This document shows, one piece after another, positions 1 through 9,131 of a stretch of DNA of 53,165 nt. Source of the stretch: an uncultured Verrucomicrobiota bacterium. GTDB lineage: Bacteria > Verrucomicrobiota > Verrucomicrobiia > Limisphaerales > JADLHS01. The DNA lies in NCBI GenBank assembly GCA_937894935.1, contig CALAYC010000332.1, forward strand, positions 1-53,165, in the 5' to 3' direction. The position numbers and the translations under genes were made by a program. The notes beneath the pieces were generated by a model. That model searched no databases. It saw nothing but the letters and a program-made list of their open reading frames with translations, and was not told the DNA's origin. Numbering within the stretch: the first letter of the stretch is position 1; the number at the start of each line of letters is the position of its first letter.

Positions 1-1177
1 CAATCAGACCCGTGGCCGGCGCACGAACGCTCGCAAGCGCTTTCTGAGTTGATGAAAGTTCTGCGGCGCTGAGCGATGAACTCTTTTGCTGAAGATTCGA
101 TGGCGTTCGCTCGGTGGACTTTTGCGATGGTGTGTGAGCAATCGTCTCCACGTCCGTCTTTACCTCGCTGACGTGTTGGTAACGTCGATCCGCCTCCTTC
201 TCCAATGCATGCAACACCACTTCGTCCAGCCGCACATCCACCTGAACTTTTCGCGAGGGTGGCGCGAATTTGCCGAGCGGCAATTCGCCGGTGAGCATTT
301 CATAAAACACAACCCCGAGAGAAAAAATGTCCGCGCGATGATCCACGCTGGCAGGTTTTTCCACCTGTTCCGGGGCCATGTAGTGCGGCGTGCCGAGAAC
401 TTCTTTTTCCCGCGTCAATCCGGTGGTTACGGCGGTCGCGCCGATGATTTTGGCGATGCCGAAATCCGCGATTTTCACGTGGCCCTGTTTATCAATCAGA
501 ATGTTCTCCGGCTTGATGTCGCGATGCACGATGCCCTGGTCGTGCGCGAATTGAAGCGCGTCACAAATCTGCGGCACGATGGCCAGGGCTTCGCGGGCGG
601 AAATCCGGCCAGCGTGAAGCAGTTGGCGCAGGTTCACGCCATCCACGAATTCCATGAGGAAGTAATATCGTAGGACAGGCGTCGCGCCTGTCTCCCTCTT
701 TTCAGTAGTTCCGTCTGCCGGCGCAGGAGTTTTTGAAGTTTGAGACAGGCGCGACGCCTGTCCTACGTTGCCGAACTCATAAAGCGTAACAATCCCCGGG
801 TGATTCAGCTTGGCGAGCGCCTTGGCTTCGCGTGCGAACCGCTCGGCAAACGCCGGATCATCGCCGCTGCCCGGCGGCAGGATTTTTAACGCGACCACGC
901 GGTCGAGCTGTTTCTGGCGCGCTTTATAAACGGCGCCCATGCCGCCTTTGCCGATGAGTGCGAGTAATTCGAGTTGCGGAAATAGCGGGGTAAGTTCGGC
1001 AATCGTCGGCGGAGTGAAACCCGGTTGCTTTGCGTCAGTAACCGTATCTGTCGCCGCGCCGACCTTCAGCAAGCACGCGGGGCAAAGGCCGGCCAACGCG
1101 CCACTGGGCAGGAGCGTACCGCATTGAGGACATTTCGGCTGATCCGACGGATTGGGAATCACTTTCGTTCCACTCAT
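1..1177 (-). CDS. Hanks-type Ser/Thr protein kinase, partial (C-terminus lies beyond the window edge)
   Basis: Absent from the ORF track because it runs off the edge. My minus-strand translation from the ATG at 1177 gives MSGTKVIPNPSDQPKCPQCG..., then LIGKGGMGAVYKA (Gly loop), VALK, HRDIKPENILI, DFG and GTPHYMAPE, with no stop down to base 1. The listed + ORF 86..673 is its antisense shadow. Confidence 0.85.
   Translation of the reverse strand, partial: MSGTKVIPNPSDQPKCPQCGTLLPSGALAGLCPACLLKVGAATDTVTDAKQPGFTPPTIAELTPLFPQLELLALIGKGGMGAVYKARQKQLDRVVALKILPPGSGDDPAFAERFAREAKALAKLNHPGIVTLYEFGNVGQASRLSQTSKTPAPADGTTEKRETGATPVLRYYFLMEFVDGVNLRQLLHAGRISAREALAIVPQICDALQFAHDQGIVHRDIKPENILIDKQGHVKIADFGIAKIIGATAVTTGLTREKEVLGTPHYMAPEQVEKPASVDHRADIFSLGVVFYEMLTGELPLGKFAPPSRKVQVDVRLDEVVLHALEKEADRRYQHVSEVKTDVETIAHTPSQKSTERTPSNLQQKSSSLSAAELSSTQKALASVRAPATGLI
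670..766. repeat. 97-bp palindromic element with perfect 25-bp terminal inverted repeats, each arm itself a hairpin
   Basis: Arm 670-694 is GTAGGACAGGCGTCGCGCCTGTCTC and arm 742-766 is GAGACAGGCGCGACGCCTGTCCTAC, its exact reverse complement. Each arm contains an 8-bp stem GACAGGCG/CGCCTGTC with a 3-nt loop. The element lies inside the kinase ORF and reads through in frame. Confidence 0.75.
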
Positions 1178-1278
1178 ACACGGACTTCAGCAACAAAGCA
1201 CGCCGGACGTTACAACGGATTTTAGCGGCGCAGAAACGACGATTCGCGCAGAGCGAAGGAACGACTGGAGCGAAATGC

Positions 1279-1304
1279 AAAAAGGCCCGCCGGATTGGCG
1301 GGCC
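1279..1304 (-). terminator. Rho-independent terminator downstream of efp
   Basis: On the minus strand the stem GGCCCGCC-aatcc-GGCGGGCC is followed by TTTTT, about 35 nt after the efp stop. Confidence 0.6.
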
Positions 1305-1338
1305 AATAAATGTTGATTTGGAACTTAGGCTTTGTGGA

Positions 1339-1899
1339 TTAAGCCCGTTCCATGTATTTGCCGGTGCGGGTATCGATCTTGATCTTTTCGCCGGTCTTGA
1401 TGAACAACGGCGCTTGCACGGTGATGCCGGTTTCCAGCGTGACCGGCTTTTGAACGTTGTTCGCAGAATCGCCGCGAATGCCTTCAGGCGCATCGGTCAC
1501 CGTGAGAACGACGCTCGGCGGGATTTCGACAGAGACCGCTTTGTCTTCGACAAACGTCACGGTCACAGTGCCGTTTTCCACGAGATAATTTTTGGCGTCG
1601 CCGACGAGTTCCGGGACGAGAGTAACGGTTTCGTAGGTGTCCGGATCGGTGAAGACGAAATCGCTGCCGTCTTTGTAGCTGAATTCCATCTTCTTGGTCA
1701 TCATCGGGACCGTCTCGACTTTTTCGGTCGAACTGAAACGGACGTCCGAGGATTTACCGGTGCGGATGCTGCGCAGGGTGGCTTGAACAAATGCGCGCAA
1801 GTTGCCCGGGGTGCGATGTTGCACATCGAGAACCACGCTGATATCGCCGTTGTAATTGATCGCCTGGCCGCGGCGCAGGTCATTTGCTGGAACTGCCAT
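1339..1899 (-). CDS. efp: Elongation factor P
   Basis: MAVPANDLRRGQAINYNGD...VQHRTPGNLRAFVQATLRSIRTGK...VQAPLFIKTGEKIKIDTRTGKYMERA is 186 aa counted from the internal ATG at 1899. The longer track ORF (to 2043) adds a non-homologous leader. Confidence 0.95.
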   Translation of the reverse strand: MAVPANDLRRGQAINYNGDISVVLDVQHRTPGNLRAFVQATLRSIRTGKSSDVRFSSTEKVETVPMMTKKMEFSYKDGSDFVFTDPDTYETVTLVPELVGDAKNYLVENGTVTVTFVEDKAVSVEIPPSVVLTVTDAPEGIRGDSANNVQKPVTLETGITVQAPLFIKTGEKIKIDTRTGKYMERA

Positions 1900-2142
1900 A
1901 AATATCGTTTGTCGTTGTTTTGCCCCCGGCTGGGGAGCGTGGAGCATAGGCGGAGTGACCGTCAAAGCAAGTCTGGATTTTGGCAGATTGGGTAATCCGC
2001 CCACCTTGTTTCCCGGCCCAAATCGGCAAAATTTTGCTTGCACACTGCGAGTTAGGTGCTTAACTGGCGGCGTTAGTTTACCGGCTGGTCCGGTTAGTTT
2101 GATGCTGAACGTAACAATGATTTCTCAACCGACGAGGGTGCC

Positions 2143-2862
2143 TTGAGTCGCCCTTACTCTCCACGCAATTCTTCTTCGGGCTCGTTTACCAGGATCAACG
2201 GGAAAATTCGCGCCCGCGAAGTCCGAGTAATTGGATTTGACGGCAAGCAGCTTGGCGTCATGGCGCTGAATGACGCGCTCAATCTGGCCCGGCAGCATGG
2301 CGTAGATCTCGTCGAGATCGCGGCTACCGCGCAGCCACCGGTTTGCCGGATTGTGGACTACGGCAAATACCGTTACGAGCAGGCCAAGAAGGAAAAAGAA
2401 TCCAAGAAGCATCAACACGCTTCGACGGTTAAAGAAATTCAGCTCAGTCCTCGCATCGATCCGCATGACCTGTCGGTCAAGGTCGAGCATGCAATTGATT
2501 TTCTGTGCGAAGACATGAAGGTGAAGGTCACGTTGCGTTTCCGTGGCCGCGAAATGCAGCACACGGAATTCGGCTTCGATGTGGTCAACAAGTTTATCGC
2601 GGAGCTGGCACCGTACGGGCATCCGGATTTTCCGCCCAAGCTCATCGGCAAAGGCATCAACGTCATGATGAGCCCATTGCCGCGGAATAAGCGCGCCAAA
2701 AATCCGAAGCAAACAGGAGAAGACGGCGAAGCGGCTGCGCCTCAAGCGCCTTCCGCTCCAGGCGACGCTCAGGACGCCAAGCCGGTGCAAATCAAACGCC
2801 CCGAAACCGCCACGGCGGATCGCGGCGGTGGTTTCTCCAACAATCCCTTCAACAATCTGTAA
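2143..2862 (+). CDS. infC: Translation initiation factor IF-3 with a charged C-terminal extension
   Basis: RINGKIRAREVRVIGFDGKQLGV...VDLVEIAATAQPPVCRIVDYGKYRYE...VTLRFRGREMQH is the IF-3 N- and C-domain signature. The TTG start at 2143 is the only in-frame candidate I see, and non-ATG starts are usual for infC. Confidence 0.9.
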   Translation: MSRPYSPRNSSSGSFTRINGKIRAREVRVIGFDGKQLGVMALNDALNLARQHGVDLVEIAATAQPPVCRIVDYGKYRYEQAKKEKESKKHQHASTVKEIQLSPRIDPHDLSVKVEHAIDFLCEDMKVKVTLRFRGREMQHTEFGFDVVNKFIAELAPYGHPDFPPKLIGKGINVMMSPLPRNKRAKNPKQTGEDGEAAAPQAPSAPGDAQDAKPVQIKRPETATADRGGGFSNNPFNNL

Positions 2863-2914
2863 GAGAAGGTCCGCCGGTTTTGTTAAGACAATTCCGCGAT
2901 TTACGCCGTCAGCC

Positions 2915-4354
2915 TTAGCAGTTGAGCCGCCATTGGCGCACCAGCTCTGGAAACTGACAGCCTTCGCAAGTCGCCGGTGCGTGGTCGCAAAAATCTCTCA
3001 CAATTTGCAGTAAGCCTTGTTGCGCAGCAGCACTGTTCAATCCGGAACGCGCCGATAACGACCGACCCAGCAGACGTTGGCGTGCTAATCGCAAAATGGA
3101 ATTATCTTCTGCTGCCGGCCATGCGTGATAGCGAGACAGCAACATCGTGCTGAGCTTTGCATTTCGACCGCTTTGAGCGCGTGCGAACAGCCAGGGCAAC
3201 GCAACATTGACGGCCAGATCGGTTACGCGTTGCTCGCCTAACAGCGGTTGCGGTTTGCTCATTCGCGCGGAGCGAAAGGTCCAGTGCCACGACCAGAATT
3301 CATCAGCAGCAACCTGAAAAATTTGCGTCAGAGACGGCAATAATCCGCGGTCCGGGATGGATTGCTGACACCACGATTCGATGTGTTCTACCAGCGCGTC
3401 GTTTTGTGCCCAATGCGCTGCCAGCGCGAGACGCCGCTGCGGATGATTCGCCGGGCGCAGCCCATGAAATCGCCATAAACTTCGCGGCAAAGCACAATCG
3501 GCAAATTCCTCCTGCTCGCGCCACCAATGGTCCCAGATGCGACGCAAATAGTCGTCGGCGACGGAACGTCGGATGGTCACTTCCGTCGGCAACAACCCGC
3601 TCAAACCAAACAGTCGCGCCTGTGTTTTCAGTGGTGAATCGCTGCCGTTGCGCCAGCGGACGCGCGATTCGGCGAGCGATTGCATCGGCCAGATATTGTG
3701 CTTATAGCCCAGTGCGCGAAAGAGGCCTTCCCACAAGGATTGTTCCCAACCGACGTGTTGGGCGCGGGCACGAAATTGCGCGGCTTTATTGTGAAAGCGA
3801 ACATGCGCGGCTTCATGCAACAGGGCAGTCACTGCTTCGCCATCCAGTTCACGCAACGGTGCGCAACATTTGCCCGTGAGGTTTTCAGGTAAGGCGCGGA
3901 CGGAATTGTGTTGCAGTTGCAGATTCAGTTCGGACAGTGGTGCGTCGAGCAGGTTTTTGAGAGCGATGGTGGGCGGATTCGATTTTTTTGCACTGGTTTC
4001 CCAGACGACATGAAGGACGACATGCTTAAAGGCGGGATTGCGGTCGTGCCCATGCGCTCGCCAGCCGTTGTCGTGCAAATCTACTTCCACGTCGCCGGAG
4101 ATGGGTTCGTTGTTACCGAAGCGAATGACCGCGCTGCGAAAATCTGGTCCGCCTTCGACGCTGCCAAAACCCGGATGAAGCACGCGAACGGATTGACCGT
4201 CCAAGGTCTGAATTCGGTCGCGGTGCAACCGTTGATGTTGCCAGATGGCCTGAAGGAGTTTTTCCGGAGGCGCTTCTCCACCGTCGTGCAGTTCCGGGAC
4301 AATGCCGCATTGTAATCGCCATTGCCCGTAAAAGGTGGGAGAGGAAGCGTGCAC
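2915..4354 (-). CDS. DUF2851 family protein
   Basis: LLQAIWQHQRL...LDGQSVRVLHPGFGSVEGGPDFRSAVIRF...GDVEVDLHDNGWRAHGHDRNPAFKHVVLHVVWE matches my memory of the DUF2851 N-terminal signature. Confidence 0.65.
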   Translation of the reverse strand: MHASSPTFYGQWRLQCGIVPELHDGGEAPPEKLLQAIWQHQRLHRDRIQTLDGQSVRVLHPGFGSVEGGPDFRSAVIRFGNNEPISGDVEVDLHDNGWRAHGHDRNPAFKHVVLHVVWETSAKKSNPPTIALKNLLDAPLSELNLQLQHNSVRALPENLTGKCCAPLRELDGEAVTALLHEAAHVRFHNKAAQFRARAQHVGWEQSLWEGLFRALGYKHNIWPMQSLAESRVRWRNGSDSPLKTQARLFGLSGLLPTEVTIRRSVADDYLRRIWDHWWREQEEFADCALPRSLWRFHGLRPANHPQRRLALAAHWAQNDALVEHIESWCQQSIPDRGLLPSLTQIFQVAADEFWSWHWTFRSARMSKPQPLLGEQRVTDLAVNVALPWLFARAQSGRNAKLSTMLLSRYHAWPAAEDNSILRLARQRLLGRSLSARSGLNSAAAQQGLLQIVRDFCDHAPATCEGCQFPELVRQWRLNC

Positions 4355-4458
4355 GGGGAATTGCTTTTGCGCAGGCGCTTGCGCAAAGTCAAGCGCAGGC
4401 TCACACCATTCTAAGGCGTGAACGAATCAAACCGCGGAATGTCTTGTTTAGAACTGAT

Positions 4459-5856
4459 ATGAAATTACGGTCCAAAACGAGCCGTCGGCTGAGCGCGATT
4501 TTAGCGGCGACGCTGCTCGTTCCCGTCGCTGACGCGGCTTCAGCGGCCAGTCCCGCGACGGATATCCGACGCGATCTCACGGTGGCGGCGATTGAAAAGG
4601 TCATGCCGAGTGTCGTGAACATCCGGACCACAGAACTCGTGCGCCGGAATGATCTTTATGAGACGTTTTTCCGGCGCTTCTACGGCCTGCCGGATGTGCC
4701 GCAGATGAAAGAACAGCCCAGCGGCGTCGGTTCAGGAGTGATTATCGACGAAGTCGGCGATGTGGCGTACATCCTGACGAATGTTCACGTGGTGGATCGC
4801 GCGAATCGCGTGCAGGTGCAACTCTGGGATGGCCGCGAGTACGAAGCGGAAAAACTTCTCGGCACGATGCAGCGGGATTTGGCGTTGCTGCGAATTGTGC
4901 GGCGACCGAATGATCCGCCCTTCAAACCCATCACGCTGGCGAAGGATGATGATTTGTTGCTCGGCGAAACCGTCATAGCAGTGGGAAATCCGTTCGGTCT
5001 GGGCGGCTCGGTGTCACGCGGGATTCTCAGTTCCAAGAACCGTCGCACGGATGCGGGCAATCTCAAACTCGATTACCAGGACTGGTTGCAAACCGACGCG
5101 GACATCAATCCGGGCAACAGCGGTGGACCGCTGATTAACGTGCGCGGCGAACTTATCGGCATCAACGTCGCGGTTTTTTCGCCTGACCAGGGCAAAGGTA
5201 CCGGTTTCGCGATTCCGGTGAAACAGGTGGCCGATGCGTTGTCGGACTTTTTCACGTTGGAATGGCATGCGCGGCAATGGTTGGGTTTGCGATTGCGCAA
5301 TACACCGCAGCCATTGACGGTGCGTCACGTGCAACCGGGTAGCCCGGCAGAACGGGCAGGCGCGCGCGTGGGACAACAAATTGTGGAAGTGAACGGCCGG
5401 ACGGTGAGCGGTCTTGCGGAATTTGTTCAGGTCGTTGGCGCATCGCCGGATCAACGCGTGGCGCTCACGGTTGTCGAGAATTCTCAACGTCGGGTGCTCA
5501 ACGTGGAACTCGTTTCGCTCGCCGTATTGAACCGCGAATTGTTGCAACGTCGCCTCGGCCTCAAGACCTCAACGCTCTCGGACGCACAGGCGATGAGCTA
5601 TCAATTGGTCGGAGGCGAAGGCTGGTTGGTGGACGAAGTGGAAGGGAGCAGTCCGGCGGCGCGCGCGCGGTTGGAAAAAGGAATGGTCATCACCGCCATT
5701 GACGGTGTGCCGGTGACGAATCTGGTGAATTTGAGCGATGTGCTGGTGAGCAAAAAGCGAGGCGATACGCTGCAATTGACGATTCGAACGCATACTCGGG
5801 TGAATGATCGTTTCGTGCGCTTGTTAACCGGCCAATTTGATGTGGTGGTGCGATGA
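4459..5856 (+). CDS. HtrA/DegP-family periplasmic serine protease (S1C) with two PDZ-like regions
   Basis: A signal-like N-terminus (MKLRSKTSRRLSAILAATLLVPVADA) is followed by GSGVIID, TNVHVV, DLALL and the catalytic GNSGGPLIN. C-terminal PDZ-like segments are present (GSPAERAG..., SSPAARARLEKGMVITAIDG). I prefer the ATG at 4459 over the TTG at 4444. Confidence 0.9.
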   Translation: MKLRSKTSRRLSAILAATLLVPVADAASAASPATDIRRDLTVAAIEKVMPSVVNIRTTELVRRNDLYETFFRRFYGLPDVPQMKEQPSGVGSGVIIDEVGDVAYILTNVHVVDRANRVQVQLWDGREYEAEKLLGTMQRDLALLRIVRRPNDPPFKPITLAKDDDLLLGETVIAVGNPFGLGGSVSRGILSSKNRRTDAGNLKLDYQDWLQTDADINPGNSGGPLINVRGELIGINVAVFSPDQGKGTGFAIPVKQVADALSDFFTLEWHARQWLGLRLRNTPQPLTVRHVQPGSPAERAGARVGQQIVEVNGRTVSGLAEFVQVVGASPDQRVALTVVENSQRRVLNVELVSLAVLNRELLQRRLGLKTSTLSDAQAMSYQLVGGEGWLVDEVEGSSPAARARLEKGMVITAIDGVPVTNLVNLSDVLVSKKRGDTLQLTIRTHTRVNDRFVRLLTGQFDVVVR

Positions 5857-5912
5857 GGAGTTTTTTCATCGCCGCCCCCGAGTGACTGGCCTAGAATAAT
5901 TCACAAGTTGGA

Positions 5913-6875
5913 ATGACTTCCGCCCCGATGATAGAAGTGAGCCACCTGACCAAGCGCTATGCGGGACGCACGGCGCTGGCGGATATTTCATTTACCGTCG
6001 CGCGGGGCGAAATCGTGGGTCTGCTCGGGCCCAACGGTGCGGGCAAGAGCACGACGATGCGCATTCTCTCCGGGTACATGCCGGCGACTTCTGGTACGGC
6101 GCGGGTGGCGGGTTTCGACGTGTTTTACGAGTCAGAAGAAGTGCGGCGGCGCATCGGTTACATGCCGGAGAACAATCCGTTGCACAATGAAATGCGCGTT
6201 CGCGAATACCTTAAATTCCGCGCTCGCCTGAAAGGATTGAGTCGCAGTGAATCGCGTGAACGGATTGATACCGTTCTCGAACAATGCAGCCTCACCGATG
6301 TCAGTCGTCGCATCATCGGACAGCTTTCCAAAGGCTATCGGCAACGCGTCGGACTGGCCGACGCAATCGTTCATGAGCCGGATTTGATTATTCTTGATGA
6401 ACCGACAATCGGGCTCGATCCGCATCAGATTCGTCTCGTGCGTCAGCTCATCAAGAATCTCGCCGGTTCGCACACGGTTTTGATTTCATCACACATCTTG
6501 CCGGAAGTTGAGATGACGTGCAGTCGCGTGATGATCATGCTCGACGGGAAAATTCTGGCGTCCGATACGCCGGCCAATTTGCAACGGTTCATGGCGAACA
6601 AAGGCCAGATTATCGCGGAAATTGCTGCGCCCGCGAACGAGTTGAAGTTCGAATGGCAGCAGATGGCGGAGATTGAACATTACGATGTGTCAGCGGCAGA
6701 AGGTGAATTTCAACGCTGCGCATTGACGGCGCGCGATGGAATTGATTTGCGACCGCAGATTTTTGCGCTGGTTCAGGCGCGGGGTTGGAAGTTGCGTGAA
6801 TTGACGCGGAGTCGGCACTCGCTGGAAGATATTTACGTGCAGGTGACCCGCGCAAACGAGGAGGAGGAAGCGTAA
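5913..6875 (+). CDS. ABC transporter ATP-binding protein (ABC-2/GldA-like)
   Basis: Walker A GPNGAGKST, signature LSKGYRQRV and Walker B LIILDEPT are present. The stop overlaps the next start (ATGA at 6872-6877). Confidence 0.9.
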   Translation: MTSAPMIEVSHLTKRYAGRTALADISFTVARGEIVGLLGPNGAGKSTTMRILSGYMPATSGTARVAGFDVFYESEEVRRRIGYMPENNPLHNEMRVREYLKFRARLKGLSRSESRERIDTVLEQCSLTDVSRRIIGQLSKGYRQRVGLADAIVHEPDLIILDEPTIGLDPHQIRLVRQLIKNLAGSHTVLISSHILPEVEMTCSRVMIMLDGKILASDTPANLQRFMANKGQIIAEIAAPANELKFEWQQMAEIEHYDVSAAEGEFQRCALTARDGIDLRPQIFALVQARGWKLRELTRSRHSLEDIYVQVTRANEEEEA

Positions 6876-7627
6876 TGCGGGTTTTTCTGACACTCGCCCG
6901 CCGGGAGTTGGGCACTTACTTCGTTTCGTTAACCGGCTACGTCACGTTGGCCGCCGTGGCGTTGCTGTGCGGGTGGACGTTTTGTGTGATGATTCGCGGG
7001 ATGGGCACGGCGTCGTTCCCGTTACCGGTGACGGAGTTGTTTTTCCAGAGCCCGATGTTCTGGTTCATTCTGTTGATTGCCAATGCGGTCATCACGATGC
7101 GACTTTACGCACATGAAAAATATTCCGGTACGTATGAAACCTTGATGACGACGCCGGTCAGCGATTTGCAGGTGGTGACGGCGAAGTTTTCGGCGGCGTG
7201 GGTGTTTTACATGATTACGTGGCTGCCGTTTCTCGGATGCTGCTACCTGATTCAAAAGTATGCGAATCAGGCGGGCGCGTTAGACCAGGCGGTGTTAATC
7301 GGAACGTATGTCGGCATCGGATTGTTCGGAGCGTTTTTCATTTCGTTCGGAGCGTTTGCGTCTGCGTTGACGTCGAATCAGATGGTTGCAGCAATGATAA
7401 GCTTGTTGATGGGAATGACGCTGTTCGGATTGAGTTATATGGCCGGACCGGGATTCGCGGGAGCGACCTGGCAGGAACAGGTTTTGAGCCGGTTCGGATT
7501 TTTCGAGCAGATGCGCGAGTATGCCCATGGAGTGATTGATACGCGTTCGGTGCTGCTGTTGGTGAGCCTGACGTTTTTATTTTTGTTCCTGACATTGCGC
7601 GTCGTGGAAAGTCGCCGCTGGAAATAA
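6875..7627 (+). CDS. ABC-2 type transporter permease (GldF-like)
   Basis: This polytopic hydrophobic 250-aa protein is translationally coupled to the ATPase. It has a typical ABC-2 N-terminus, MRVFLTLARRELGTYFVSLTGYV. Confidence 0.8.
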   Translation: MRVFLTLARRELGTYFVSLTGYVTLAAVALLCGWTFCVMIRGMGTASFPLPVTELFFQSPMFWFILLIANAVITMRLYAHEKYSGTYETLMTTPVSDLQVVTAKFSAAWVFYMITWLPFLGCCYLIQKYANQAGALDQAVLIGTYVGIGLFGAFFISFGAFASALTSNQMVAAMISLLMGMTLFGLSYMAGPGFAGATWQEQVLSRFGFFEQMREYAHGVIDTRSVLLLVSLTFLFLFLTLRVVESRRWK

Positions 7628-7628
7628 C

Positions 7629-9128
7629 ATGGCTGAGGAAAACGCAACCAGACCCAGTTTTACACCGCGGCGCAAATGGGCCGTAGCCATCGACATTGCG
7701 GTGCGGACGCTCATCGTGTTGGCGGTGCTGGTGATGTTGAATCATCTCGGCGCAGTTTTCTTCAAACGCCAATATCTGAAACCGGCCAACGATGAATTGT
7801 CGCCGCGAACCAAGAACGTGCTGGTCACGCTGACGAACGAGGTCAAGGTCACGATTTATTACAACCGGGAAAACGATTTTTATCCAACGATTGCGGCGTT
7901 ACTTCGCGAGTATCAGGCGTTAAATCCTCGCATCACCGTCGAAACGGTGGATTACGTGAAGGACGCGGCAGCAGCGCTTCGGATTAAGCAGAAGCACAAG
8001 TTGCCGGAGACCACGCGCGAGGACGAAAAGAATTTCATCATCTTTGAAACGGCGGGTGATTCGAGTCGCATCATTCCGGGCGCAATCCTCACGGATACGG
8101 TGGTGGAAAAAGGCGAATCAGAAGGGACGTACCGGCGGCGGGCTACCGCGTTCAAAGGAGAAACAGTTTTTACTGCGGTCTTGCAAGCGCTCGCCTCGCC
8201 GCAGCGTTACAAGGCCTACGTGCTGTTGGGACACAGCATTCACAATTTCGACAGCGGCGATGAACTGACCGGTTACCTGGATTTCCATTCGTTGCTGCGC
8301 CAGAACGGGGTGGAAGTGGTGGGGTTGAATCTCACCGGAACGGCCACGGTGCCGAACGATTGCGATCTGCTCATTATCGCCGGACCACGCGCTATTTCCG
8401 AACCGGAGTTGGAAAAAATCAGTCAGTATCTCGATGAAGGCGGGCGGATGTTTGTTTTGTTCAATTCCAAATTCATCGATCCGCGGGCTGGATTGGAAAA
8501 TATTCTGGCAAACAATTGGGGTGTTGCCGCCACGCCTGAGATTGTTTTCGATCCGGCCAACGCCGTTAATTCCATCAAAATGGCGCCGGGCGAGGACGTC
8601 ACGATTTTGGGAGGTTACTATTCGAAACATCCAGCCGTTCGTAATCTGGTTAATTTCAACCTGAACCTGCTCGCGCCGCGATTGATTGGCGAGCGCCGCA
8701 ATCGCGACACCGCCGCTGATGCACCGGTCGTGACAGAATTATTTTACAGCGCAGAAACCGCAACACTTGCGACCCGACCGCAAGTGCCTGCCCAGCGTTT
8801 TCCGCTTGCTGTGGCGGTTGAGAAGAAGCCGGTGCCCGGCACGGTGGTAACGCGCGGGGGCACGCGCATCATTGTTGTTGGCGATTCGTTTTTCCTGGCG
8901 AATGAACCGATGAAGCTGTTTGCGAATCGTGATTTCGCCTATTACGCGGTGAACTGGTTGTTGGACCGACCGCAGGTAACGGAGGGCATCGGGCCGAAGC
9001 CGGTAAATGATTTCCGCGTGATGCTGACAGAGAGCCAGATGACGCGGTTGCGTTGGCTGTTGCTGGCGGCGTTGCCGGGAGGAATTCTTTTGTTCGGCGT
9101 TCTCGTCTGGTGGCGACGACGCAAATAA
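7629..9128 (+). CDS. GldG-like ABC transporter auxiliary protein
   Basis: N- and C-terminal TM anchors flank a large soluble region. VTIYYNRENDFYPTIAALLREYQALNPRITVETVDY is the usual GldG-family opening. The gene starts 2 nt after the permease stop. Confidence 0.75.
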   Translation: MAEENATRPSFTPRRKWAVAIDIAVRTLIVLAVLVMLNHLGAVFFKRQYLKPANDELSPRTKNVLVTLTNEVKVTIYYNRENDFYPTIAALLREYQALNPRITVETVDYVKDAAAALRIKQKHKLPETTREDEKNFIIFETAGDSSRIIPGAILTDTVVEKGESEGTYRRRATAFKGETVFTAVLQALASPQRYKAYVLLGHSIHNFDSGDELTGYLDFHSLLRQNGVEVVGLNLTGTATVPNDCDLLIIAGPRAISEPELEKISQYLDEGGRMFVLFNSKFIDPRAGLENILANNWGVAATPEIVFDPANAVNSIKMAPGEDVTILGGYYSKHPAVRNLVNFNLNLLAPRLIGERRNRDTAADAPVVTELFYSAETATLATRPQVPAQRFPLAVAVEKKPVPGTVVTRGGTRIIVVGDSFFLANEPMKLFANRDFAYYAVNWLLDRPQVTEGIGPKPVNDFRVMLTESQMTRLRWLLLAALPGGILLFGVLVWWRRRK

Positions 9129-9131
9129 TTC

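Noticed and set aside
86-673. 195-aa + strand ORF at the 5' end of the window
   Set aside because: Its reverse complement encodes canonical kinase motifs (HRDIKPENILI, DFG, GTPHYMAPE). The + ORF is Arg/His-rich nonsense typical of an antisense shadow.
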